Part shown: piece after piece, positions 25,476-38,200 of the stretch
Layout: each line of letters starts with the position of its first letter
How positions within the stretch are numbered: position 1 is the stretch's first letter
Source: Camelus dromedarius
Taxonomy: Eukaryota
Length of the DNA stretch: 64,000 bases
Reading direction: 5' to 3'
NCBI RefSeq assembly: GCF_036321535.1
Contig: NC_087436.1
Span: forward strand, 39,062,001 to 39,126,000
Program-made: the position numbers and the translations under genes
Notes under the pieces: generated by a model
The model's database searches: none
What the model was told of the DNA's origin: nothing
The model's input: the letters and a program-made list of their open reading frames with translations, nothing else

Positions 25476-28400
25476 GTTTGTGTAGGGAAATTGAAGAATT
25501 AAGACCATAGATAATAAAATTTTATCTAAATAATGTATTTTAAGGCATATATCTGTTAGTGTAAAGAAATTACTACAGCAGCAATTTCTACCCTCTCACC
25601 TTTCTTTATCCTCAAAAAAGAATTATGTCATTCTAAAAATGATAACCTGTGAAAACACCCCTATTAAGATTCAGTGTTCTATTTAAATAGCAGGAATTGC
25701 CATTTTAATTTGTTGTAATTCTTGAGAAAAAGCCTTACTTAAGTATATTTTTATGAAAGTCTACTTTAACTGGTTTGAACATAGAAATAACACCTTTCTT
25801 TCCTGAAACAAATCCAGGCAACCATCTTCTCTGTTCCTCATTCACAGAAAGAAAAGTTACCATGAATGTGCATTTATCCCTAGAAGGAAAGTGGAGATAA
25901 GAGAGATTTTTTATAGCTTACGTGCCTGCTATTTGAAGAAGAGCTAATACCCTTTAAACCAACTCGTTTCCCAACTAGAATGGCTTTTGCTGTCTTAGAG
26001 GAAAATTTGATCAGTGAAGATATTAAGAACAATTCTTAAGATATGTGTGGGTGCTGTGGAACTACCTTGCTTAGGTCCTTTGCATTCTCCAGATCTCCTA
26101 CTGGCAGGTTTTTAAGCAATCCTTCTGTCACAACTCCTAACTAATTTTTTTTTTTTTAAACTGGAAAATCCAAGCTGGTTAATGGTAATGATGGAGACAA
26201 ATCAACAACTATACAACATGTGACAACATTATTTCATAAAGATGCAGAGAATACAGTATGAGGAAAATGACTTACTTTTTTACTCTTTGTAACTGTTTTC
26301 CATCCATTATGTTTCTAAGCTTATTAAATAGATCCTTTGACTCATAACCTGGGCCCTAGGGAAAATGTTTAAACCTACTGTTCTTGGGAAATTTAAGATT
26401 TCCTGCCAAATCATATTTATGTTTCCTTCATTAAAAACATGGCCCCAGAGTGGTGTTTAAAATTAGGACTAAAAAATATATAACTCTTCATCTGGGGAAT
26501 CACCAACTTGCTTTCTTAAGTGCAGAGTAGATAAAAATTTTGCTTAATTGCCTTGCCATCTCTCTCTGGTACAACTAGCACATTTTATTTAACGATATCT
26601 TTCTTGTCTGAGGGAATTTACACAATAATTTCGTACATGTCATTTCATTTTAGAGATACAAGAATTCCATAAAGTATAAGGGATTCTCAAATGACTAATT
26701 GTTTTTCAAATGAACAGATAATGAACAACTAAGGGGGAAAACAGATTAAAGAGGAGTATACAGTGATAGTCCTGCTGGTGTGCTTCTCAAATGCAAATGG
26801 GAAAAACAGAAACATCTTTTATCAGAAGTGTCCCAAGACACATTTCTTCAAAATAAGAAGCACTTACTGCACTTGAAAATACTAATCCCAGGTAAATGTG
26901 TAATCCCATTAATGGTTCAAGGGGACGTCTCATGAGGTATTAGGATAGTGTGTCTACTTAATCAAACTTTTAAAATTAGAGAGCAAATATTTAACTTTGC
27001 CCATGGCATTAGCTGTTATTACAGCTTTTCCTATTGGTATAGATTTCTTATTGCACTTACAAAACAGCAATATATAATCATCTAGACATAACATTGCATA
27101 TTAATACTATAGCAAATTTTGCTACGTGGGCCACACATTTATTCAAAAAGATCTCATTCCTTATTATTTCCCTGACCACTCCTCATTCCCAAATTCACCT
27201 TCATTTTGATATGATGTTAGGTAGTTATTGACTATCCAGTCACTAAACAATTGTTTCACTTTCAGTATTGATTCATTCAAATGCATAGATGAATTAGCAA
27301 AAAATCTTTATGAATCAGCTACAAACACTTCATCAACCCTCTAAGCCACTTTGAATATGTAGGCTTGGCCTAATATAAAAGATAAATTCTTCTTGAGGTA
27401 CTAAAATGTCTAGGCCCTCAAAAATATACATTTGAGATTGAGAGAAGAGATCCTTCAGTAATATGCATGTCTGAAGTTCTTAAGCAACTATCCATTAAAA
27501 AAAGAAAAATGCTAGGGAAGGGATGGAAACAAAACGTCCAGAGCTTATCTATTTGTAAAAAGATTCCTTACTTACACCAGTGAAAAAGTTCCCCTCAGAT
27601 CTGTATCTGTTTCTTAAATATTTTGAGATACTTTCTGATAGTGGTGTGCATATTTTTCAGTTAATGGTTGTTCCCCTCATTCCATCCTTGTTCTTAATCT
27701 TGCTTCTTTCAGTATTGGTAAATTTAATGAAGGTAAATTCCTTTTAAAATGTAAGTAGTAGATCAGTGATCATTGACCACATAATCACACACACCAGTGA
27801 TCTAGGCTAGAGCTTTTGTGTGTTTTAGCTAGGAGGAAACTTATCTCCCAATTCTTTCATTTAAAGGGCCTGAAGGAGGGGAGGGGAGGGGGAACATCCC
27901 CTACAGTTTAACACTGGGTCAGATAGTCCCAGATGAAATGCAACTTTGATGTTACAACTAGTTGTCTAGACCAGTACATTATTTTTTTGCAAAAAATGAA
28001 GTCTAGATGAGACAGAATAAATTCTGACAATGTAATGCATCCCCATGGTACATTGATAATTAAACATCTATGCACCATTCACAAAACAGGATGTTGCCTT
28101 TGACCATGGTTGATAGTGCTAGGTAGTATATTACAGAAGTTTGGGGGGGGGGGGTGCAGAATGACAACACAACAGAAGTTGAATAGTGAAAGCAAAGAAG
28201 ATAAATACTAAATGTCTTTTTGTAAAAGATTGCTTTCTGTATAAATGCACAATACATTTGACATAATTTTATAAAATGAAACACGTGCATTTTAACAGCA
28301 AAGGATGAAGATCTAATAATTCAGGTGAAGCGACAGGCAAAAGATACTAGAAGTTCTGCTTTACAGCATTGCAAGCCCTTTTCTTACTTTACTCCAGGGT

Positions 28401-28929
28401 GCCTAATGGCTGTCCCAGGACTAGAGATGTCTCTGAGTTTCAGAATGTTCCCCATCCTCAAGAAGTATCTGCATGTGTTTCAAGAATAGTTGGGAAGAAT
28501 TATGACCACACTTTTCAGACACTGGAATCAAAGCAAATCTTCTAGTCAGGGCTTCAAGGAAAGAAAAATTATTCTCTAACTTCCTAAGCTCTGCTTTTTC
28601 TCTCAGAAAAGTTATGTCTTTGATTGTAAGCTATTTTTCCTTCAAATATTCTGGAATTGAAGTGGTAAGGAACAAACAAATTTTGTCTTGTTGGGTTTTA
28701 AACTGATCATGGTTTTCAAAAAGCATTAAACTGCATCAAAATACTCACAAAACTTAAAAACCTAAATGTGTTTAAGGAGATTTTATACATAGAAGTATAA
28801 AATCTTGGAGATGGAAGGCATTTTAGAGATCCTGCAGTCACGCTTCAATGAGGTACAGGAGTTCCTTTTACAACACACCTGATAGGGATTGCAATGAAAA
28901 AAGCACAGGATATGAAAACAGATAAAACT

Positions 28930-29130
28930 TGGATTCAGCTGATGAGTCTCCTGCCCTGCTGGCTGGGTGACTTTCGGCAATTTTCTTAACCTCTCTGAGC
29001 TTCAGTTTCCTTATCAATTAAAAAAAATTGAGGATAATTTCCACCAAATAAAGTTGTTGTGAGAATTAAATTAAATACACATATTAAAGCCCTTAACACT
29101 GTTAATATATCTAGTATATATGTTAGTTCC
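28930..29130 (+). mobile_element. MIR
   Basis: cttaacctctctgagcttcagtttccttatc...gttgttgtgagaattaaat. Confidence 0.75.
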
Positions 29131-30090
29131 TTCTCCATCCCTTTCCTGCAAGTTTTTGAAGTTTTCTTAAGTTAAACTGAAATGTACTGTCTTGTAAAGA
29201 CTAAATGGCTGTTAGTCCTGTTTTTTTGTTTTTGTTTTTTCCACCAGTGAAGACCTTTACTCTCTTAACTACACCAAAGCTCCTCAAATATCCAGCTCTC
29301 CTATCTCCTTTTAGTCTTTTCTCCTCCTACTGCTAAATATACAAACGTATATCTCATATTACAGAACTTCCAGACATATCACCATCCTTTGTTTTAGAAA
29401 TAAACTTTAGTGCATCAAAAGTCTGAAAATAATACTCTTGTTGGGATCAAAGCTGCTACTCATTGGGTTTACCTATCCCTTTGTTCTGTACACTCTTCTA
29501 ATGTTTAAAATCAGCCTCTGACTGATTTGGCATTTTGTCAATCCATCATACAATTTGATCGTTTTAATGTTAAGGAGAAACAAAAATACTGGGGTCTTTC
29601 CCTGTGATCCATAAAGTACACAGACTTCTTTTTAGTTTTGAAGATTTTACAGTCATGTTTGTTTTCATTTTTAAAAGCTAATTAGCATTCAAAGTTCAAA
29701 ATTCTCCTTTAGCTTAGATACCAAAATAAGAATGTTTTGATTACTGCCAGAGAGATGTAAGTTTGTTATTAGTTAGAGCATTTTTGATTGGAGATAAGAG
29801 ATTCTACTGCCCTACGGCCAAGGGAAGTCATGCAATCCCTTTCCCTAGGGATAAGAAAAATCAGCAGAGGAACTTTGTACCATCTCTTCTCTAGATGATA
29901 AAGATGTAGCATTCTATTCCTAGAAATATTTATTCTCAGCCTCGATGAGAAGCAGGGGGTCAGATAAACTCACATCTCAAGACCCTCTTTATTATTCTAT
30001 TTGAAAAATAAATTTAAAAGACTGTTCAAAACAAATTATTTGCAGCACGTTTTAGAATGGCTGCCTGTGAAGCACTGCAGCAGGAGAGTT

Positions 30091-30109
30091 TGCTGCCATC
30101 TCGTGGGCC
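30091..30109 (-). promoter_or_regulatory. CTCF core motif
   Basis: Minus strand GCCCACGAGATGGCAGCA closely fits the core consensus CCASYAGRKGGCRS. Confidence 0.6.
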
Positions 30110-30284
30110 TTTAGAGTAAAGTCAAGATCAGAGCTTTAGGTCCTGTTCCTATCTCAAGACAAGGCAGCAAGAGCTTTTGCAAGCAGGTGCTGTTTACAAG
30201 TCTGGCTGTCCCTGACTGGATGAACTAGGAACTATTTATGGGTTTTAAAGAATAAAGTTGACCTCAGTGTTTTGTGTGTTAGAA

Positions 30285-30446
30285 AAGTGGTTTTCAAAGT
30301 GTTGGTTCACAACCCGTTAGCATCAGAATCACCTGGGGTGTATGTTACGAAAACAACTAGGCCCCACCCAGAGATACTAAATCAGAATTTCCCTGGGAGC
30401 AAGGGGAAATCTTAATTTTCTCCTGGGAACAAAATTTGGAAAACTG
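30285..30446. mobile_element. MER5-like hAT-Charlie element
   Basis: agtggttttcaaagtg...gcatcagaatcacctggg...ggccccacccaga...actaaatcagaa. Confidence 0.7.
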
Positions 30447-32094
30447 TCAGGATACTGTGAAGGCAATAGTTTGCTAATACTAAATCACTGTATGTAAATG
30501 AAATAATATTAATTGGTGAATTGAAGTGTAAAATTAAAATAAAAAGTTCTAGGTGATATATTTTACTTTGCTCTCTATTTCAATAATACCACCCAAAATG
30601 AATTGTGACATTTTGCTGGATATTTCATAATGTAGAATTCAAAATCTATTTAGCCCATGTTGGGTTTATATGAAGAATTATAATTGGCACCATCTGATAA
30701 GCATTAACAACTAGTCCAGTGGGCCAGACTATCAATAAACTCTGAGTGTGATGAAAAAACAAAACCTCTAACTGTGTTAGAGTTGGTATACTTTAAATTA
30801 GTCTTTTATTTGTATCAGTCCAGCCTATTCCATAGTGATTTTTAGATCTAGAAGATGGTTTTGTAAACACTTCTTTATCAATCTGAGATATGCTAGCAGA
30901 AAAAAGAATGAATCCAATGCAAGAAAGAGACCTAGTTGTTTTTTTACTTTTTAAGGAAAAAGGTAATTAAATGGCACAAGAGGAAAACTAAACTGTATCA
31001 ATTTAAGTGTTTTTGAAACAAAAGCAATTTTGGATTCAGATAAAATTTTCAGAATCTCAGCTTGTTGTGATTTTTCTCTCTTCAAGATCAGTCCTGACTT
31101 CTAACTCAGAAGGATTTTAGAAGTATCAGAAAACCCATAAAAATTCCCTGGGTTTGAAAGGCAGCTGGAATTTTAGGTTCCTCCCTACATCAGTCACTCA
31201 GCTTCTGAGAATTGTTTTTCTGCACTTGCCCTGTGAGCTGGGAGTTTGGTCCGTTCAGAGGGAGATTTCTCTTTCTGGTTTTGGAAACTGATCATGCGTC
31301 TCAGGCAAGGGGATCAATTACTCTAAAAAAGCCAGGTTGCTGACCCTTTGTCCTGGGACAGTGTTGGGGAAGAGGGGTAAGAACAGCTGTCTTCTGTGCC
31401 TTCAGAGGCCAGCCAGGTTCTGTCAGAGCCCCAACTGTTGCAGGCCTGATCTGGGGTAGCCTTGGGGATTGGATTGACAACTGTTCCACTTTCTGCGTGA
31501 TAGGCCTGGTTAAGCTTCAACTGCCCCACTAGAACCCTGCTCAGGATACCAATTATCCTATTTTGAGAGTATATTTCATTTACAAGCATTTCCCCATAAC
31601 AATTCTCTGTGTTACCAAGTGTGCCACATGTATTCTATTTAATATTGGTACTTTGAATTGAACACAGCCCCTTTGTAGTAAGAGTCTCAAAGCTGATATT
31701 GTTTCTTTTGTAAAAAATATTGTACCAGTCTTTTTGAATCCTGGTCTCATCTTTATATACTACTACAACAATGCTAGTATAATAGATGAAGACAAAGAAG
31801 AAAAAAATTGACCAACAGGCTGAATACAGAGGAATATAGACATAAATTTTCAGTAAGACGAAAACAATAAACCAAGATCTCTCAGTAAAAGATCCTGTGG
31901 ATAGATTATTCCTTGTGTCAATATGAGATTTATACAGACAGTGCTTCTGCTTTTTCTGTTTTAGTTCTGTTATTAGATCCTTCAAACTGGGATTTATATT
32001 AACAGAGAAAACAAAAAACTTGTTTACCATGTATGTCGTCTTCCTTGCAAGTTATGAAATAGTAGCTATTGTTTACTGAGTGCTCTTTACAAGA

Positions 32095-32355
32095 ATATTA
32101 ATAGCTAACATATGTTGCATGCTTTCTATGTGCCAGGCACAATTCTATACACATAACACACACTGCTTTGTTTAATCTTCACAACTTGCGAGTTACGTCT
32201 GTTATTTCCTCCATTTCACAGCAGAGGGTACTGAGGCACGGAGAGGCTGAATCATTTGCCTAAAGTCTCCCAACCAGCAAAAGGCAACCTGGGATTTAGC
32301 TGCAGGCAATTTGGCCCAAGTCCACGTGCTCACCCACTATAAAGTGTTGCCTCTG
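32095..32355 (-). mobile_element. MIR
   Basis: ctatgtgccaggcac...tttaatcttcacaac...actgaggcacggagagg. Confidence 0.75.
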
Positions 32356-32929
32356 TGAGCTTGGTGTTTACATGCATTGTCTCACCTAACCATAGGTGAA
32401 CTTCATTTGAGAAGTGGTTACCTTTTGTGTCCCCTAAACCAAATCATGTTTTTTTTTTTAATTTAAATATTTGTAGGTACATATTTCTGCATTATTGTAG
32501 AATTGCAAATTTGAGGACTTCCTCCTCATCACTATTCTTTTTACCTTAATTTACCTGGTGTACATTAGCACAGCTGTAGTAATATATGATGCTAGTTGGC
32601 AAGAAGTGGGTGTTTGGGGAGTTTGGTCTAATGCATCACGAGTATTCATTTAATGGTAACTAGCAAAATGTTAGGATCCCCCACCATTTGAGTCTATACT
32701 ATACGCAAATAGGCTGACAGAAATAAAAACTATAGCTTTTCCCTTCCCCTTGTACATGTTTATAAGTGTCTATCATTTGGGGCTACCAAAGTCTAAGAAG
32801 TTTTTAACATTTCTTGCTTTGATTTAGAAGGTTTAAAGTAACTATTGAGTTATTTCTGAGACAGTCTGTAAAGTTTATGGCCTTTGATGCACAATTCCTT
32901 TCATATGTGACCTCTGTCTTCTTGTGATC

Positions 32930-33170
32930 AGGGGAGGTAAAGTAGCCTAGTGATTAGAGAATGGCTCTGGAGTCTGACTGTTAGTCCTATCACTTTAGAC
33001 AAGTTCCTTAACTTTTCTTTACTATAGTGTTTCTCATCTGTAAAGTAGAATGATAATGGTACCTTCTTCATATGCTAGTCATTTTGTGATGACTAAAAAG
33101 TTAACATTTGTTAAGTACTTGTTTAGTATTTAGGCACCCAACATAGAGTAAGCCCTCATGATTATCACTA
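32930..33170 (+). mobile_element. MIR
   Basis: ggctctggagtctgact...tttctcatctgtaaagtagaatgataatggtacct. Confidence 0.7.
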
Positions 33171-34169
33171 TATTGGTGGCTCTGTGATTTTAAATTAAGG
33201 CAGTGAGGCTCTGCAAATACAATGAGGGGCTCTACAAGTAACTTAGAAGTTAACATCTTCTCTCCTTGATGTTAGTGATGGGAATGTTCAAATCCCATGC
33301 TTAGAATCCACTACACTAGTTCCTCAGATGTTTTCAAAATAACAATGAGATATAGTTTAAAGGGAAAAAAAAAACTACTGGGAAAAAATAAGGTATAAAA
33401 ATGTTCTTTCTGGGAAGTCTTTGACAAAAATAACTGTTGAGAAACCTTCCATTGAGCACATTGTGAGAGGAGAGATTTGCGGCTGGAAAGATTTGTGGCC
33501 TCATGCATGTCCTGGATGGCTGTAACTCAGCCAGGAGAGACTTCATGGAACTCTAAGATTCCAGTGACAACTACTTTTTAGATATATTTTGAAACACTGA
33601 AACCTTGTGACTTGCTCAGTATTATTCTGCTTAGAATTATTCTTGTTGAAATGTCTCCAGTTATTCTGGGTTTAGTAGCAAGCCAAGCTGGGTGCTGATG
33701 CACTACTTGATAAGAAAGTTCCCTGAATTACCTTTAGTCAGAAAGGCATGAAGCCAAGGCCAAGGGGAGCACATCCTTTTCTGTAGAGCCTTTCCTTTTG
33801 CTTTTTTTTTTTTTTTTTAATGACATTCCTCCCCACCCCAGCCCCTGAATATCAACTTTCCATCCTGAAATAAGAAAATGAAAGAATTTGGGGAACTCAT
33901 ACAAAATCACTGTCAAATCCATCAGTTCTACTTATAAAACATATGCTTCTATTTCAGAGATTGGTTTTCACTTCAAATGTCCTATCATAGCATCTGACTT
34001 TATGAGCAATCTTACGAAAGTAGTGGAGTCCTTTCTAAAGTCACTAAACATGGTCAAAGCCATCCATAAAGCATATTCAGAGTAGGCTCTTGGTGGATAG
34101 TTTGGTGAACACACAATTACCAGGTCTCAGGGAGTAGGGTTCTGGGGTCTAATGAGACTGTGGAAACCA

Positions 34170-34980
34170 TGTAGTACTGAAGGTTTCAATGTCAGACAAA
34201 TATCTAGGTCCAACCCTAGCCCACTTCTTACAAGCTTAGTGATTGTCAGACAAGTTGTTTGCCTCTCTGAGCTTCAGATACCTTGTCTGCAAAATGGAAA
34301 TAATACCTTCACTTCCAGGGTAATCCTGAGGAGTAAATGAAATCATAGTATAATTGGTTAAGGGTGTAGATCCATACTGAATCCAGGGTCCACTATTTAA
34401 TACTGTGCAATCTTGGGTAAGATATTCAGCCTCTTTGTGCCTCAGAATCTCATCTATAACCTATAAACTGAGGATAATGATGGTACCTATCTCATAGGGA
34501 GTACTGATTTTAAAACTTAACCTATAATGATTGCCAGAGGGGTGGGGGTGAGGGTGAGAAAAATGGGTGAAAGCGTTCAAAAGGTACACCTTCACCCATT
34601 TCAGTTATAAGTCCCAGGGATGTAATGTACAGCACGGCTCCTATAGTTAACAATACTGTATTGTATATTTGAAAGTTGCTAAGAGAGTAGATCTTAAAAG
34701 TTCACATCACAAGAAAAAGAAATTTGTAACTCTGTGTGATGATAAATGTTAGCTAGACTTATTGTGGTGATCAATTTGCAATATATACTAGTATTGAATC
34801 ATTATGTTGTACACCTGTCAGTTATTATCTCCATTAAAAAAACAGAGCGCTAATCTATGAAGATACTTCGCACAATTTAGAGCCCACAGTTTATGCTCAG
34901 TCAACGTTAGCTATTGTTATAACTTACGGAAAGTATTTAACACAGTTCCTGGCTTTTAGTAGAAACTTAGTAAGCAACTC
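34170..34980 (+). mobile_element. Nested MIR copies flanking the L1 fragment
   Basis: Two cores: cctctctgagcttcagataccttgtctgcaaaatgg and cctctttgtgcctcagaatctcatctataa. Confidence 0.65.
34525..34842 (+). mobile_element. L1 3' end (L1MA8/9-like) inserted into a MIR
   Basis: Typical motif ctatagttaacaatactgtattgtatatttgaaagttgctaagagagtagatcttaaaag with an A tail; MIR sequence resumes on the right. Confidence 0.85.
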
Positions 34981-35062
34981 CCCACCCCACCTCCAGCCTT
35001 TTCCTCAGCTCTCACGGGGTTGTTTGAAAGGCTGCCATAGCTTCCATCCCCACACCTATTAT

Positions 35063-35133
35063 CCTAATTTGGACCAGATCTTGACTAAAGGCCTTTGGGT
35101 AGTCTTGAAAACAGATTATTCCACCAAATAAGG
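35063..35133. promoter_or_regulatory. Paired consensus CArG boxes
   Basis: CCTAATTTGG (35063-35072) and CCAAATAAGG (35124-35133). Confidence 0.4.
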
Positions 35134-35230
35134 ATATCAAAGATTCCTAAGTTCTAAAATGTCTCCTGAAGAACAAAACAAAACACTATTGCTTTTTGAT
35201 AGTTACTTCCAAGAAGAAAAATTTTCTCAG

Positions 35231-38200
35231 TTTATTCCTAAAATGTGCATTTCTTTTAAACTTAGAGCTAATTGCAGTTCTTTGTATCCATGAATAAATC
35301 ATTAATAGTTATCAAGGAGCTCAAGAAGTAGGGGCTGTGAAAGCAGGATTCCTCCATGGTACATTTGAAGGTTATTATTATTTTAAGTATTATTATTTTT
35401 ATTATTAGGTAGTGGAAAAAGGATAGGCTGGAAAGTAGGTCCTTGTGATTATTTTTATTAGGGACCCTGAATGTATATTTCACCAGTCATAAAGCACACG
35501 TTATTTAGATAAACATGTCAAGAATGAGGTATAAACAGAGGTAAACATGCGGAGCTTTACATTTAGAACCAAAAAATGAAAATTTAAGAAATCTTATGTA
35601 TCAGTAACAATTATTTTAACACTAGGACCCTGTGGAAGTCTAACTTTCTTTATACTTGAGAAATACTTTATTAGCTGGCAAACCTCTGATTAAATCAGGA
35701 GTCTGAGGAATGTCTGACGGGATTTGATATTTCAAATTAAATTTCTGTTCATTCATTTGCCTCTGAGTAGTAAGTTCTGTGATTTCCAAGTGCCAAACAG
35801 TAATTTAGTGTAGAAACATACATACCATAGAAACATTCTTTTTTTTTTTCTTAATTTAAGAAACTGGCTGCACCTGATAGCATCCAGGAGCGGATAGTCT
35901 GATTTGGGGACTTCTGGTTTTTATTGGCCTGATGCTCCATGGGATGGCCTACAATTTTTTTAACTTTTTTTTTTTTTTAATCCAGGCTGGCATCTTTTAG
36001 CAATTTTGCCTAGTCTTTGCGTCCTGTGGGAATTTACTAGTTTGCTTTATGGCCTTTGGCCAATCCTGGTGGGAAGTCTAGAGAAGAATTCGATTCTGCT
36101 TTTTCCCAGAATACTTGTTGACAGACTCAGCTGCACTGAAGTGTTACACGAGTCTTTGTGTCCCCCAGAGTACAATGATAAGGGGACGTGAGACCAGCGA
36201 GGGTCAGTGCTTCTGGGAATATAATGTTGGCTTTTAGAATTTACATATTTTTCTCATGAACTTTTAACAATTTTTAAAACAAACTCAACAACTCTGATCT
36301 TAGGAGGGAATGAGCACACAGCCCACTGTTTCCCTTTGGAAGCATTTTAAGCATTTAGCTTTTCAGAAAACAATCACTTCTTTTTGATGACCATGACTTC
36401 AAATACCCTTCCTGCCAGGCCAGTGGTGACTCATAAAACAGCAATGGATTTCAGGAACTCACCCTTAGAATATGGATGCTTGCAGATTCTCAAATGTATA
36501 ACTGGATGAAATGATACACAGCAAGGGGCTTTTGTCTGAAAGATTAAATCCAAACTCAGACACTAACAGCTATGTGTCTTCTTGTGCTCTTGAGGCTTCT
36601 GTGAAAGTACTGCAGTCAGAGTGTTTGAGATGCCTGTCAGCAGCAAACGACCTTCAAAGTTTTTTAAGGTAGTAACTATAAGCAAAACAATGGTCCCACA
36701 AATGTTAGTCCTATTAAATTTAGATCACTTGTTTTTGACATCTTAGATGTGACTCTTGCTGCCAGGCTTGAATTCAGCTGTGTGATAATATTCAGTTGCC
36801 CTATGAAATTCACTTCTTGAAAGGGGCTAGCACTATCTAGAAAAGTAAAAGAACCTTGGCTCCCTTTTAGGAACTACTGTTAACACAAATCAGTTAAAAT
36901 AAGTTGCTTCTTGTGAAGATAAAATGAGATACATGTCATCATTAGCAATCATACTAGATATACTTTGAAGTACAAACTTTTTGGTGTTCCAGAATGACAA
37001 CCCAAATGTGTCTTATAAAATATATCCCTAAAAACTTGTGCTTTTTACTGTCAAGGAATAGCCAAAATCCAGAAAGTGTGATTTTTCCTCTCTCAGAGCA
37101 GAATGTGTTTACTATTGAAATATTAGAAATAAAACTGTGACTGTTCTAAGATTAAAGTGGCAATGCTCAGATTCTCAGTCTTACCAGTTCTGTGATTTAA
37201 TCTGCCCTCCTATAAGACTGAGAGGAATACGTGTACTTGTATTTACATAGCACCTGTCTTCCTAGAATATCTAGTGTTGTGCATACTCATTATGGCACAA
37301 CATTCTAGGAAGAGAGGTTTGAGACAGCATTAGGGGAAACTGGTGGAAAGAAATTTGCATATGGTCGTGTAGTAAGTCAGTGACTGTGATTACTTTTTAT
37401 TTTACATTCCAGTGCTTGTAAACCATGCAGTGGATTCCTTGGAATAATGTACATAAGGCACCTAACATAACATAAGCACTCAATAAATGATCAATGCTAT
37501 TGTGTTGACAATGAAAACTTGACTTCATAAATGCTCTGCCTAGAAATTAAGCTAACAAAGGACAAGGGAAAAGGCAAGATCCTAAAAACTAAACAAAAAC
37601 TGCTTCATCATACTCTCAAACCAGCCAATCCAAACATCTGCCACCACAACAAAACCAACAATACACAGACTGCGAAGGGTGCCCAGTGGGAAGGAAGCTG
37701 AGGTCGTGAGTTCTAAGTCTCCCACCTGCCACACTGACATCATTTCCATAACTCCAGCCGGAAAGGTGGAAAGCTTATTTTGCATGCAGTTTCCCAGTGG
37801 GCTCCCTGGTTGGGGAGAAGATGCAAAGTAATTCCTCTCACTCCAGGGAGCTGGCTTAGTCCTTCTCCCTCCAACACCCTCATCCCACAGGGTGAGGTTA
37901 GACTCTGCCGTGGATACAATTTTGGAGGATTCTCACACTTTTTCCATAATTTGGGACTGTATGGTACAAGATGAGACCTATGCTACCAGCTCCCAGTTGA
38001 AGTTGCGGGTGCTCTGACTACATGCCTGACATGTTTCTTAGCTTTTTGACAACTCCATGACAGTCCCAGTCACATCAGGTGTATCTTTAGTCATTAGCTC
38101 CAAACAATGGCTCTGCTAAGATGGCCACCTTCCAACAGGAAATAGGTAAAAACATTTCTCATTCCTACATACCACAAACCACTGGACAACTGGGAATACT

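Noticed and set aside
27874..28154. G-rich tracts as G-quadruplexes
   Set aside because: Short simple runs with no evidence of function.
31635..32030. 131-aa minus-strand ORF as an extra exon
   Set aside because: AT-rich intronic sequence with no recognisable domain or convincing splice sites.
35268..35483. 71-aa ORF as a functional alternative last exon
   Set aside because: No AG acceptor at its start; the human-like residues are in a different frame.
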